From Clostridiales bacterium (GTDB taxonomy: Bacteria; Bacillota; Clostridia; Lachnospirales; Lachnospiraceae): a DNA stretch of 64,000 bases. The notes under the pieces are model-generated. The model was not told the origin of the DNA and ran no database searches. It saw only the letters and a list, made by a program, of their open reading frames with translations. The translations under genes were made by a program, and so were the position numbers. Within the stretch, counting starts at the first letter, position 1. Each line of letters starts with the position of its first letter. The DNA lies in the NCBI GenBank assembly GCA_018376135.1, contig JAHABX010000008.1:29793-93792 (forward strand), read 5' to 3'. Of this stretch, positions 20,202-29,876 are shown piece after piece.

Positions 20202-22274
20202 ATGAACGTTTACACAACCGACAGTATCCGTAATGTGGTCCTTTTAGGACATGGTGGAAGCGGTAAGACCAGCCTGGTGGAGGCAATGGCATATGTTGCC
20301 GGTCTGACAGGACGTATGGGGAAGGTTACCGATGGAACGACCATCAGCGACTATGACAAGGAAGAGGTTAAGCGTAAGTTTTCCATCAATACTTCTGTTG
20401 TGCCGATTGTATGGAAAGATACAAAGATTAATATTTTAGATACTCCGGGATATTTTGACTTTGTGGGTGAAGTGGAAGAAGCGGTAGCGGCAGCAGATGC
20501 GGCAATCATCGTAGTATCCGGCAAGGCAGGAGTGGAGGTCGGAACAGAGAAGGCATGGGAGCTGTGCGAGAAGTATAAGCTGCCCCGCATGTTCTTTGTA
20601 TCCGAGATGGATGTGGATCATGCTTCCTTCCGTGAAGTAGTGGAGACGCTGACAGATATGTACGGCAAGAAGATCGCGCCGTTCTATCAGCCGATCCGTG
20701 AGAACGAGAAGTTCGTGGGCTATATCAATGTTATGAAGATGGCAGGACGCCGCTTCACCGGTATCGGAGAGAGAGAGGAATGTGAGATTCCTGATTACAG
20801 CCGGGCGAACCTGGACATTTACAGAGAAGCCATGATGGATGCGGTTGCAGAGACCAGTGAGGAGTTCATGGAGCGCTATTTTGCGGGAGATGAGTTCTCT
20901 GTAGGCGAGATCCGTGCAGCCATGAAGACCAACGTGGATGACGGAAGCATTATTCCGGTATCCATGGGTTCCAGTATAGAGCTTCGGAATATCCACAATC
21001 TTCTGAACGATATGGTTGAGCTGTTCCCGTCACCGGACAAGACAGAGTGTGCGGGCATCAACATGAAGACCAATGAGATCTTCCAGGCAGACTACAATTT
21101 TGCAAAAGCAAAATCCGCATATGTATTCAAGACCATTGCCGATCCGTTCATCGGAAAATATTCTCTGATCAAGGTATGTTCCGGTGTTATCAAATCGGAT
21201 GATGTGCTCTATAATGCTTCCTCCGAGACGGAAGAGAAGCTGAATAAGCTCTATATGATCAGAGGCAATAAGCCCATCGAAGTCTCCGAGCTTCATGCAG
21301 GAGATATCGGCGCCATCGGAAAAGCAGGCTGTAAGACCGGTGATACCCTGTCCACCAAGGCAGTTCCGGTACTGTTCGGAAGAACAGAGATCTCCAAACC
21401 ATATACATATATGGCATATAAGGCGAAGAATAAGGGTGATGAGGATAAGATCTCTCAGGCACTGTCCAAGATGATGGATGAAGATCTGACGATCAAGGCA
21501 GTCAATGACAGCGAGAACCGTCAGTCTCTGCTCTACGGTATGGGCGATCAGCATCTGTCGGTTGTTGTCAGCATCCTTGCGGAAAAATATAAAGTAGATG
21601 TGGAGCTTGCGAAGCCGAAGGTGGCATTCCGCGAGACTCTCCGTAAGAAATCCGATGTGGAATACAAATACAAAAAGCAGTCCGGCGGACATGGACAGTA
21701 TGGTCATGTGAAGATGACCTTTGAGCCATCCGGTGATCTGGAGAGTGCTTATGTATTTGATCAGATGGTAGTAGGCGGCGCGGTTCCGAAGAACTATTTC
21801 CCGGCAGTGGAAAAGGGTATTCAGGATTCCGTTGGCAAAGGTCCTCTGGCTGGATATCCGGTCGTAGGTGTGAAAGCGGTTCTCTATGATGGTTCCTATC
21901 ATCCGGTAGATTCCTCAGAGATGGCATTCAAGACAGCGGCTGTGCAGGCATTCAAGAAGGGCTTTATGGAGGCTTCTCCGGTACTTTTGGAGCCCATCGT
22001 GACCATGACGGTTCTGGTTCCGGACAAATACACGGGAGACGTGATGGGTGACTTGAACAAGAGAAGAGGTCGTGTGCTTGGCATGAATCCGGCAGGCTCA
22101 GGTAAGACGGAAGTGGTTGCGGATGTTCCGATGATGGAGATCTTCGGATACAATACCGATCTTCGTTCCATGACCGGAGGAAGCGGTGTATATTCCTATG
22201 AGTTCGCACGTTATGAGCAGGCTCCGTCGGATGTACAGGAAAAAGAGGTTGCAGCGAGAGCGGCAGAAGCGTAA
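20202..22274 (+). CDS. fusA: elongation factor G family GTPase (EF-G paralog)
   Basis: G1 motif GHGGSGKTS, G3 motif DTPGYFDF, and EF-G domains II-V. RBS GGAGGAG precedes MNVYTT. Confidence 0.8.
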   Translation: MNVYTTDSIRNVVLLGHGGSGKTSLVEAMAYVAGLTGRMGKVTDGTTISDYDKEEVKRKFSINTSVVPIVWKDTKINILDTPGYFDFVGEVEEAVAAADAAIIVVSGKAGVEVGTEKAWELCEKYKLPRMFFVSEMDVDHASFREVVETLTDMYGKKIAPFYQPIRENEKFVGYINVMKMAGRRFTGIGEREECEIPDYSRANLDIYREAMMDAVAETSEEFMERYFAGDEFSVGEIRAAMKTNVDDGSIIPVSMGSSIELRNIHNLLNDMVELFPSPDKTECAGINMKTNEIFQADYNFAKAKSAYVFKTIADPFIGKYSLIKVCSGVIKSDDVLYNASSETEEKLNKLYMIRGNKPIEVSELHAGDIGAIGKAGCKTGDTLSTKAVPVLFGRTEISKPYTYMAYKAKNKGDEDKISQALSKMMDEDLTIKAVNDSENRQSLLYGMGDQHLSVVVSILAEKYKVDVELAKPKVAFRETLRKKSDVEYKYKKQSGGHGQYGHVKMTFEPSGDLESAYVFDQMVVGGAVPKNYFPAVEKGIQDSVGKGPLAGYPVVGVKAVLYDGSYHPVDSSEMAFKTAAVQAFKKGFMEASPVLLEPIVTMTVLVPDKYTGDVMGDLNKRRGRVLGMNPAGSGKTEVVADVPMMEIFGYNTDLRSMTGGSGVYSYEFARYEQAPSDVQEKEVAARAAEA

Positions 22275-22282
22275 TATATGAT

Positions 22283-22320
22283 ATGCAAAAAGACATTGTC
22301 TCAGGGCAGTGTCTTTTTTC
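22283..22320 (+). terminator. rho-independent terminator
   Basis: Inverted repeat followed by T6. Confidence 0.55.
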
Positions 22321-22385
22321 TGATTGATTTTTAATGAAAATATGTTAAAATTCCGTTAAGATATATTGCGAAACGAGGGTGAAAT

Positions 22386-23633
22386 ATGATGAAAAAATAC
22401 GCAGAGATCTGTATGGAAAGGATGTACATACTGCTCAGATGGCTGCTGACTGCCGGGGCTGCGGGAGTGGTCATTGGACTGATCGCAGGTGTGTTTGGCA
22501 GAAGTATTACTGAGGTGACTGCCTTCAGGAACAGTCATCCATGGATGCTGTATCTGCTTCCGCTGGCGGGACTGGTAATTGTGGGGCTGTATAAGCTGGA
22601 TCCTTACAAGACGGGGACGAACCGGGTGCTGGAAGGAATCCAGTCCGGCACTTATGTGCCTCTTCGGATGGCGCCATTGATCATTGCTTCCACTATCCTG
22701 ACCCATGCCTTCGGAGGTTCCGCGGGCAGAGAGGGAGCGGCGCTTCAGCTTGGGGGAAGTATCGGAGGAACACTTGGCAAGTGGATGAAGATGGATGAGT
22801 ATGACCATAAGATCATGATCATGTGTGGTATGAGCGCTGCATTTTCAGCCCTGTTTGGTACACCTCTGACGGCAACGGTATTCGCCATGGAGGTGATCAG
22901 TGTGGGCATCATGCAGTATGCGGCGCTTGTCCCCTGTGCAGTGGCTGCACTGGTGGCAAAGTATATGGCAGAGCTTGTGGGAGCCAGAGGAGAGCATTTT
23001 GTGATCCGGACAGTGGTCAGCTTTGAATGGAAAAGCGCCCTGATCATCATAGTTATGGCAGTCCTGTGTGCAGCGGTGAGTATCCTTTTCTGCAAGGTGC
23101 TCCATGTGGCAGAACAGCTTTATGAGAAATGGATGCCCAATGAATGGATACGGATTCTGTATGGATCCCTGCTGTTGATTCTTATGACCAGAATGATCGG
23201 GACAACGGATTATCTGGGAGCGGGGATGCAGGTTATAGAGCGGGCTGTAGAAGGAGAAGTGGTGGCAGCCGCGTTCCTTTTGAAGATGATCTTCACAGCC
23301 GTGACGCTGGGGAGCGGATTCAAGGGAGGAGAAATCGTCCCGACACTTTTTGTAGGAGCCACCTTTGGATGTCTGTTCGGGCAAGTGACAGGATTTTCAC
23401 CGTCTCTGGCAGCGGCATGCGGGATGGCAGCGGTATTCTGCGGAGTGACCAACTGCCCGTTATCCTCTCTGTTTTTGAGTTTTGAGCTGTTTGGATTTGA
23501 ATGTATGCCATTTTTCCTGCTGGCGGTAGGGATCAGCTATCTGGAGTCCGGATATTTTGGACTGTACCACAGCCAGAAGATCCTGTATTCCAAGACGAAG
23601 CTTCAGTTTATTAACAGACATACCAAAGAATAG
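22386..23633 (+). CDS. voltage-gated chloride channel (ClC family)
   Basis: Polytopic membrane protein with ClC selectivity-filter-like motifs GSAGREG and GxFGTPL. 415 aa. Confidence 0.8.
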   Translation: MMKKYAEICMERMYILLRWLLTAGAAGVVIGLIAGVFGRSITEVTAFRNSHPWMLYLLPLAGLVIVGLYKLDPYKTGTNRVLEGIQSGTYVPLRMAPLIIASTILTHAFGGSAGREGAALQLGGSIGGTLGKWMKMDEYDHKIMIMCGMSAAFSALFGTPLTATVFAMEVISVGIMQYAALVPCAVAALVAKYMAELVGARGEHFVIRTVVSFEWKSALIIIVMAVLCAAVSILFCKVLHVAEQLYEKWMPNEWIRILYGSLLLILMTRMIGTTDYLGAGMQVIERAVEGEVVAAAFLLKMIFTAVTLGSGFKGGEIVPTLFVGATFGCLFGQVTGFSPSLAAACGMAAVFCGVTNCPLSSLFLSFELFGFECMPFFLLAVGISYLESGYFGLYHSQKILYSKTKLQFINRHTKE

Positions 23634-23657
23634 AGCAGGATAAGGGAAAAAGCGCGC

Positions 23658-23951
23658 CTATTTTGTGTTGGCGCGCTTCATAAATCCTTCTGCTCTTTTG
23701 AGTGCTGCATCCATCTTTTTTTTCTCTTCGTCTGTCTTTCCTTCTTTCATGATCTCAAAGATCAGGTTAAATTCATCTCCGGAAAACTGCAGATTCTGCC
23801 GGTTGGCAGAGGCGATGGCGCCTAAGAGGATCGGCATCATTTCCCGCTGATTTTTACCCTCCACCTGCTCCGCCAGCTTTAAGAGAAGCGAAAGTTTCGC
23901 CGGGTCAATGCCGCTGATCCGCGGATCCTGGAACCATTCAGGGATGTTCAT
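23658..23951 (-). CDS. hypothetical small cytoplasmic protein (third gene of the minus-strand operon)
   Basis: 97 aa, charged, no TM. Separated from the upstream gene by 6 nt. Confidence 0.4.
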   Translation of the reverse strand: MNIPEWFQDPRISGIDPAKLSLLLKLAEQVEGKNQREMMPILLGAIASANRQNLQFSGDEFNLIFEIMKEGKTDEEKKKMDAALKRAEGFMKRANTK

Positions 23952-23957
23952 AGATCA

Positions 23958-24338
23958 TCACTCCTTCTGTTCGGGGGTGAAGGCAGAGGAGAAGCCTTCA
24001 AACATGTCCCGATACATATCCATATTTTCAAAAATATCAGCAAATTGCTCAATCTGAGCCTGTTCTTCTTTGGGCAGGATCCCCTTCATGCACTGCATCA
24101 GAGCGGAGGGCTCCGGAGTCTTTTGGGAAGGGGGATTCCGGTTAAAATATTCGATGGTATAGTTCAGCTCTGTCCATTTAATGTAGATTGCCATCATTTT
24201 CTGCAGGTTGGCAGGAAGAAAGGGCAGGAAGACTTTTAAGATCTGCAGTTCTTTTGGAAGAAATGCTTCGTCAAATGGTGTCATGGCAGATTGCTCCCTG
24301 CTTCTTTCTTCAATATATGAACGGATACCGGAAATCAT
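23958..24338 (-). CDS. hypothetical protein (second gene of the minus-strand operon)
   Basis: 126 aa. No recognisable family. Confidence 0.4.
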   Translation of the reverse strand: MISGIRSYIEERSREQSAMTPFDEAFLPKELQILKVFLPFLPANLQKMMAIYIKWTELNYTIEYFNRNPPSQKTPEPSALMQCMKGILPKEEQAQIEQFADIFENMDMYRDMFEGFSSAFTPEQKE

Positions 24339-24403
24339 GCAGTTCCGGCAGCCGGAAGTTTAGGAAAAGGGCTGTCAGTTGTGCTGACAGCCCGGGCAGA
24401 TCA

Positions 24404-24685
24404 CTAGCATCCGCAGGAGTTGCATCCGCATCCGCTTCCGTTGCCGTTACAGCAGAAAAGCAGGATCAGGATGATGAACAGACAGCTGTCGTTGCCGCCT
24501 GAGATGCCGTTGCCGCAGCCATTGTCACATCCGCCGCCTAAGATACCGTTGCCGTTTCCGCAGATACAGGAAATGAGCAGGATCAGGAAGAGGATACCAC
24601 AGCTTCCGTTGCCGCCTAAGATGCCGTTGCCGCAGCCGTTGTCACAGCCACATCCACATCTGTCTCTTGAACTTAAATCACCCAT
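24404..24685 (-). CDS. Cys/Gly/Asn-rich, internally duplicated small membrane peptide (93 aa)
   Basis: ATG (MGDLSS) preceded by GGAGGT at -7. The tracked ORF extends to an upstream TTG. Two copies of CDNGCGNGI(L/S)GGN(G/D)SC + hydrophobic LILL(I/F) segment, flanked by CGCG/CGNG runs. 22 Cys in 93 aa. Confidence 0.5.
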   Translation of the reverse strand: MGDLSSRDRCGCGCDNGCGNGILGGNGSCGILFLILLISCICGNGNGILGGGCDNGCGNGISGGNDSCLFIILILLFCCNGNGSGCGCNSCGC

Positions 24686-24775
24686 GAAGATTACCTCCAA
24701 AAACTATTTACACTTCATCATATGCAGGAACTGGTGATTGTGCTATACTAAAACAAAAACCAGGAGGAAATAAAA

Positions 24776-25573
24776 ATGCCGGCTGCTTATGCACATTATG
24801 TGTTTGGGAAAAAAGTCTTTGCAGAGCTTCCCCGGAAGGAGAAGCAGATCATCCGCAGGGGCAGGGATGCATTCTTATTAGGGCTTCACGGACCTGATCT
24901 GCTGTTTTATTTTTATCCATTGAAAAAGAACAGAGTCAATCAGCTGGGAAGTCGGATGCATGAAGAAATTGCCGCTGATTTTTTCAATAAAGGAAAGGAA
25001 AACTATCAGAAGAAGAAGGATCCGGTCCTGCGTGCATATTTGTACGGATTTCTCTGTCACTATATACTGGACAGTGAATGTCATCCTTATGTGGCTTATT
25101 ATATGGAGGAACGGGGGCTGGGACATCTGGCAGTCGAAACGGAGCTGGACCGCTATCTGATGGAGGTGGACGGACTGGATCCGCTGGACTATGTCCCGGT
25201 GCATCATCTGATCAGCAGGGCGCATACCCGCAGTCAGATCGCCTCCATGTTTGAGGATGTGACAAAAGAGCAGATCGATATCAGTATCCGTATGTTTCGC
25301 CGGATTATTACTTTTCTTGTATGCAGATCTCCGCTCAAAAGAAGGCTTTTGACCTTCATCTGCCGGGTCACCGGTCAGAAGAATCATTTCGGGGAGCTGA
25401 TCATGGACGGAAGGGTACATCCGTCCTGTGAAGAGAGTGACTGGTTTCTGGAGGAGCGCCTGAATCATGGGGTACAGATCGCAGTACAGGAGATAGAGAA
25501 TTACAGCAGGGTTCTGGAGTCGGATGCGGCATTATCAGAACGTCTGTATCAAAATTATGAGGGAATGTTATGA
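24776..25573 (+). CDS. putative zinc-dependent phospholipase C-like family protein
   Basis: N-terminal AYAHYVFG, then spaced His/Asp residues (GLHGPD, CHYILDSECHPY) reminiscent of Zn-PLC/P1-nuclease-like metal sites. RBS CAGGAGGAAA. The family assignment is tentative. Confidence 0.4.
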   Translation: MPAAYAHYVFGKKVFAELPRKEKQIIRRGRDAFLLGLHGPDLLFYFYPLKKNRVNQLGSRMHEEIAADFFNKGKENYQKKKDPVLRAYLYGFLCHYILDSECHPYVAYYMEERGLGHLAVETELDRYLMEVDGLDPLDYVPVHHLISRAHTRSQIASMFEDVTKEQIDISIRMFRRIITFLVCRSPLKRRLLTFICRVTGQKNHFGELIMDGRVHPSCEESDWFLEERLNHGVQIAVQEIENYSRVLESDAALSERLYQNYEGML

Positions 25574-25792
25574 AGAGTCTGACAGGACAGGAGAGAAACT
25601 GGGTGCTGTATGAAGCTCCCGTACAGGCGATGGGCTTCTTGCGGTATTGTTCCTTCTCGGATACCTCATGTTCCAAAAAGCAGACCGATGTCCGCGTCAG
25701 TGACATAATTATAAAATTTTTGAAAAAAAACAAAAAAGTATTGAATTTTCTGACGAATCAGTCATAATAAAGGTATCCCAAACAGAAAGCGA

Positions 25793-26302
25793 GTGATTCC
25801 GATGGAGATTCAAATGTCCGAGGAGGTCTCCCCAGACTATCTGGCAGAGGTGCAGCATATTTTTGCAGACAGAGAGTTCCTCTCCCTTGGTCAGTTCGTC
25901 CATCATCAGTGGACGAATCGTCTGATGCATAGTATCAATGTTTCCTATCTGTCCTGGCTGATGGCAAGAAAGCTTGGCTGCGATGAAAAGGCAGCGGCAA
26001 GAGCAGGGCTTCTGCATGATTTTTGTCCGTATGATTTCAAAGAAAAGACTCCCACAGGAGAGTTTCAGGCATTCTTTCATCCAAAGGCGGCAGCAGAGAA
26101 CAGTCTTCAGAGCTTTGCGATTAATAAAAGGGAGATGGATGCGATCCTGTCTCATATGTTCCCTCTTGGACCTGTCCCGAAGAACAAAGAAGCGTGGATC
26201 ATTACCGTTGCAGATAAGGTCTGTGCAGTTATGGAGGTCTGCCATGTGGCAATCGCCCTCGCCAGACGCAACCGTGTGGTTATTATGCCGGTAGCCGCGT
26301 AA
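25793..26302 (+). CDS. HD-domain phosphohydrolase
   Basis: H...HD motif (MHSINVSY...GLLHDF). 169 aa. The exact start is uncertain. Confidence 0.65.
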   Translation: MIPMEIQMSEEVSPDYLAEVQHIFADREFLSLGQFVHHQWTNRLMHSINVSYLSWLMARKLGCDEKAAARAGLLHDFCPYDFKEKTPTGEFQAFFHPKAAAENSLQSFAINKREMDAILSHMFPLGPVPKNKEAWIITVADKVCAVMEVCHVAIALARRNRVVIMPVAA

Positions 26303-26467
26303 GCAGTCAATAGAATACACAAAAGAAGCGATCAACCGGAAAGAACCATCCGGCTGACCGCTTCTTTTATTATAAGAACCCTCCGTGTGTAAGAGGACAT
26401 ATGCCCCTTGTACACGGAGGGTAAATTCATTCCTGTGATCTTGGCAGGACAGCGGTTTTCCATGAAA

Positions 26468-27877
26468 TTACAGGAATCTTCGGAAGGGTATGATCAGTAT
26501 CCGGAGGATGGAATAGAACAGGTTCTTGACCGGGCTTTCCTTTCCGGGTGTATAGTTCTCGCCGAAGGTATAGCTGCCATTGGCATCTGCAGTTTTACTG
26601 TAGGTCTTATCTCGTTCTGCCCGGGTGCGCAGTGTAAGATTCAGCTCTTCACTGTCTACCACCAGCATAAGCTCTGTATCCTGATAGGTGCTGCGCATAT
26701 CCAGGTTGTAAGAACCGATGATACTGATGGAATCATCGATCAGTACGGTTTTGGTATGGCTGGAATATATATCCATATATTCATAGACCTGTACACCGGT
26801 ATTCCGGATACGCCTGCGCTGATTCAGATAATCTGTACAGCCCCATGGATTTGCGCCGCTTGCCACATCATTGGTGATGATCTCTGTCTGAATGCCCTGA
26901 GCAGTGAGGGAGGTCAGATCCTCATACATCTCATCACCGCAGATAATATAAGGGGTATAGATGGTGACCTGACTTCCCTGCTGCATGAGCTGATGAAGGG
27001 AGTACCACATCCATGGTTCCTTATTTTCTGCATAGATGGGATTGGAGAGCAGTGTGATCCGGTCAGCCGGGAAGGTCAGGGCTTCATAGTCCCAGGGCTC
27101 CCAGGCTTTTGGATATATGGTCTTTAACTGTTCGTACTGTTTCCGAAGTGCTGTATCACATTCCTGTATCCGGTCTGTCTTTCTTCTGCACAGGTAGTCC
27201 CGGCTGTCAGGAAGAGACCAGATGGATTCAAAATATGTCTGAAGCTGAACGAGAGAGGAGTCTGCCAGATCCGCAGTCTCATATACAAACAGTTCCTGGT
27301 CAAGATTCTGTTTGTCTGTGTAATCTCCCAGGAACAGGTCGGTGGTATTGCGGCCGCCCAGCAGATACATCTGTTGGTCAATGATCAGATATTTGTCATG
27401 AAGCCGTGCCTGAAGCTTCCAGGGCTTTAACAGATGGATGGGATTATATATTTTGACGGAAATATTCTCATGGGAGGCAAGTGCCTGAAACCAGGGGCGT
27501 CCCATAAGCTGCATATCGATCAATCCGCTGGCACCGTCTACAATGACCCGAACCTTTACCCCTCTGTCCGCTGCTTGAAGGAGAGCGGACATGATCTCCT
27601 TTCCGCCCCGGTCTGCATTAAAGTCAAAGGTAGACAGGATGATCTCCTCCTGGGCATCTTCCAGCATACGCAGCCGATACAGGAGGGCATCTGTGTTGTC
27701 ATTGATGTATGCGATCCGCTCTGTGCCGGGAGCCGATGCCTGAAAGGTCCGGCTGTGAAAGCTTTCCCGGAAAGAGGGGGAGACTTTTTTGTGTGGAATG
27801 TAAGGGACAGTCAGCATACCGATATACAGAATAAAAAAGAACAGGATCAGGTATCGAAGAGGAATTTTCCGACGCAT
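26468..27877 (-). CDS. cls: cardiolipin synthase (PLD superfamily)
   Basis: Two HKD motifs (RLHDKYLIID and HTKTVLIDD) and an N-terminal TM. The start is placed at MRRKIP with AAGGAGT at -7; the tracked ORF extends 37 codons upstream without an RBS. Confidence 0.85.
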   Translation of the reverse strand: MRRKIPLRYLILFFFILYIGMLTVPYIPHKKVSPSFRESFHSRTFQASAPGTERIAYINDNTDALLYRLRMLEDAQEEIILSTFDFNADRGGKEIMSALLQAADRGVKVRVIVDGASGLIDMQLMGRPWFQALASHENISVKIYNPIHLLKPWKLQARLHDKYLIIDQQMYLLGGRNTTDLFLGDYTDKQNLDQELFVYETADLADSSLVQLQTYFESIWSLPDSRDYLCRRKTDRIQECDTALRKQYEQLKTIYPKAWEPWDYEALTFPADRITLLSNPIYAENKEPWMWYSLHQLMQQGSQVTIYTPYIICGDEMYEDLTSLTAQGIQTEIITNDVASGANPWGCTDYLNQRRRIRNTGVQVYEYMDIYSSHTKTVLIDDSISIIGSYNLDMRSTYQDTELMLVVDSEELNLTLRTRAERDKTYSKTADANGSYTFGENYTPGKESPVKNLFYSILRILIIPFRRFL

Positions 27878-28043
27878 ATATATACTCCTTATCATTGGTA
27901 TCATGTATTCCAACATTATACCATGACCGCAGGAAAGGTCACCGGACATTTGCACAGAATTGTCCGAATGCAGGGAAAGCAGAAGCACAATTCCTTTTTT
28001 ATGCCATATTTATACAAAGAATGCATATGCAAGGAGTCTGCCT

Positions 28044-29765
28044 GTGAATTGTCGGGAAGCAATTATGTCGGAAAATTATATGGATTTTATATGGAAGATC
28101 GATGTGACACCGGGACTTCCGGAGGAGCTGCCGCTGGATGCCTGCGTTCAGTATGTGAACCGGAATTTCAGTGCGTTTTATCTGAGACGGGATGAGGTCT
28201 TCTCCTCGATGGAACGGATTCCCATCGGGGATTATGCGATTCCATTCTGCCATACCCAGATGGATACAGAAAGTCTGGAGGCGACAAGGATCCTTCCGAT
28301 CCAGAATCAGCCAGCCCTGAGTCTGAAAGGGAAAGGGGTGCTCCTTGGTTTTCTGGATTCCGGTATCTCATTGGAGAACGCTGTATTTCGGGATGGGAAC
28401 GGAAGGACAAGAGTGATAGGGCTGTGGGATCAGACGGATCAGAGCGGGACGCCGCCCAGAGGAATGCTGTATGGAAGTGCATATACAAAGGTTCAGATCG
28501 ATGCATGGCTGACTGAGGGCAGACAGGATCTGCCGGGGGCAGATGAGAATGGACATGGAACAAAGGTGGCGTCTATTGCGGCGGGATCTGCTATGCAGGA
28601 TGAAAATTTTATCGGGGCAGCTCCGGAAGCATCCATTGCTGTTGTGAAGCTGAAACAGGCAAAGTCCTTTATGCGCAGACTCCAGCAGATTCCACAGAAC
28701 AGCATCGCTTATCAGGAGAATGATATGATGCTTGCCATACGATATCTGGATATGCTGGCAGTAGAAGCGGATATGCCGCTTGTCATCTGCATTGCTCTTG
28801 GCAGTAACTCCGGCGGGCATACAGGATCAACGCCTCTGGGGCTGTATTTGGAGGATTTCACCAGAAGAGCCGGGAGAGCAATTGTAGTGGCAGGCGGAAA
28901 TGAAGGAAATCAGGCGCATCATTTCTTTGGTGTTGTTCCGGAGGAGCCGGGTTATCTGGATGTGGAGCTGCGGGTTGGTGAAGGCGAACCGGGATTTCAG
29001 CTCAATTTGTGGGGCAATGCACCAGGTACCTTTTCCGCGGAGATCACTTCTCCTGCCGGGGAGCGGATTCCCAGGATCTTTCCCCGGATACTGGAGCGGC
29101 AGAGATTTGACTTTGTCTTTGAAGATACGGTGCTGGATATTCAGTATGAGCTTACAGAGGTCATCTCCGGAGATGAACGGCTGCTCATTTCTTTTCGGAA
29201 TCCTACGCCGGGTATCTGGCGGCTGAGAATCTACTCTGCCGGAAATCTGGAAAACAGCTTTCATATCTGGCTTCCGGTGACAGGTTTTATAAATGAGGGG
29301 ACCTATTTCCTGCGTCCGGATCCGGATACGACGATCACAGAACCGGGAAATGTACAAAGAGTAATTACGGTTGCCGGATATGATGAAAAAACAGAAAGTA
29401 TCTGGATGGATTCCGGAAGAGGGTATACAAGAAATGACCATTTAAAACCGGATCTGGCAGCGCCTGCAGTGGAGGTATCCGCTATCGACCGTTTCGGAAG
29501 AAGCAGTACGCTGACCGGAACAAGTGCAGCTGCGGCATTGGGAGCAGGAGCCTGTACGCTGTTGATGGAATGGGGAATCGTGGAGGGGAATGTTCCGACA
29601 ATGGATTGTGTGACCATTCAGCGCTTTTTGATCCGCGGAGCCAGACGTCCGGCGGCATTTGAATTTCCCAACCGCTTTTGGGGGGCTTATGGAATTATAG
29701 TGTCATGTAAAAGCGGATGCTGTGGAGTTTCGGATGACAAGGAGTCTAAAAATAAATGCATATAA
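28044..29765 (+). CDS. S8 family (subtilisin-like) serine peptidase
   Basis: Catalytic Asp (GFLDSG), His (HGTKVAS) and Ser (GTSAAAALGAGA). A GTG start follows AAGGAGT. An alternative ATG lies 21 nt downstream. Confidence 0.75.
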   Translation: MNCREAIMSENYMDFIWKIDVTPGLPEELPLDACVQYVNRNFSAFYLRRDEVFSSMERIPIGDYAIPFCHTQMDTESLEATRILPIQNQPALSLKGKGVLLGFLDSGISLENAVFRDGNGRTRVIGLWDQTDQSGTPPRGMLYGSAYTKVQIDAWLTEGRQDLPGADENGHGTKVASIAAGSAMQDENFIGAAPEASIAVVKLKQAKSFMRRLQQIPQNSIAYQENDMMLAIRYLDMLAVEADMPLVICIALGSNSGGHTGSTPLGLYLEDFTRRAGRAIVVAGGNEGNQAHHFFGVVPEEPGYLDVELRVGEGEPGFQLNLWGNAPGTFSAEITSPAGERIPRIFPRILERQRFDFVFEDTVLDIQYELTEVISGDERLLISFRNPTPGIWRLRIYSAGNLENSFHIWLPVTGFINEGTYFLRPDPDTTITEPGNVQRVITVAGYDEKTESIWMDSGRGYTRNDHLKPDLAAPAVEVSAIDRFGRSSTLTGTSAAAALGAGACTLLMEWGIVEGNVPTMDCVTIQRFLIRGARRPAAFEFPNRFWGAYGIIVSCKSGCCGVSDDKESKNKCI

Positions 29766-29876
29766 AGAAAAAGGAATATAATGGATAAAGATTTTATTGT
29801 ACAGATACTTGTCAAGGGTTCAGGGCTTATGTTAGAATTATACAGAATATGAAGAAAATGGGGGGAGGAAACGCAA

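Noticed and set aside
24420-24737. P/L-rich 105-aa ORF (PLPLPLQQ...) on the + strand over the Cys-rich peptide gene.
   Set aside because: It has no RBS and a TTG-only start. The minus-strand frame has GGAGGT + ATG and a coherent Cys pattern. The + frame is a by-product of the nucleotide repeats.
25570-25767. 65-aa ORF overlapping the stop of the PLC-like gene.
   Set aside because: It has no RBS and an AT-rich low-complexity tail. It is probably intergenic.
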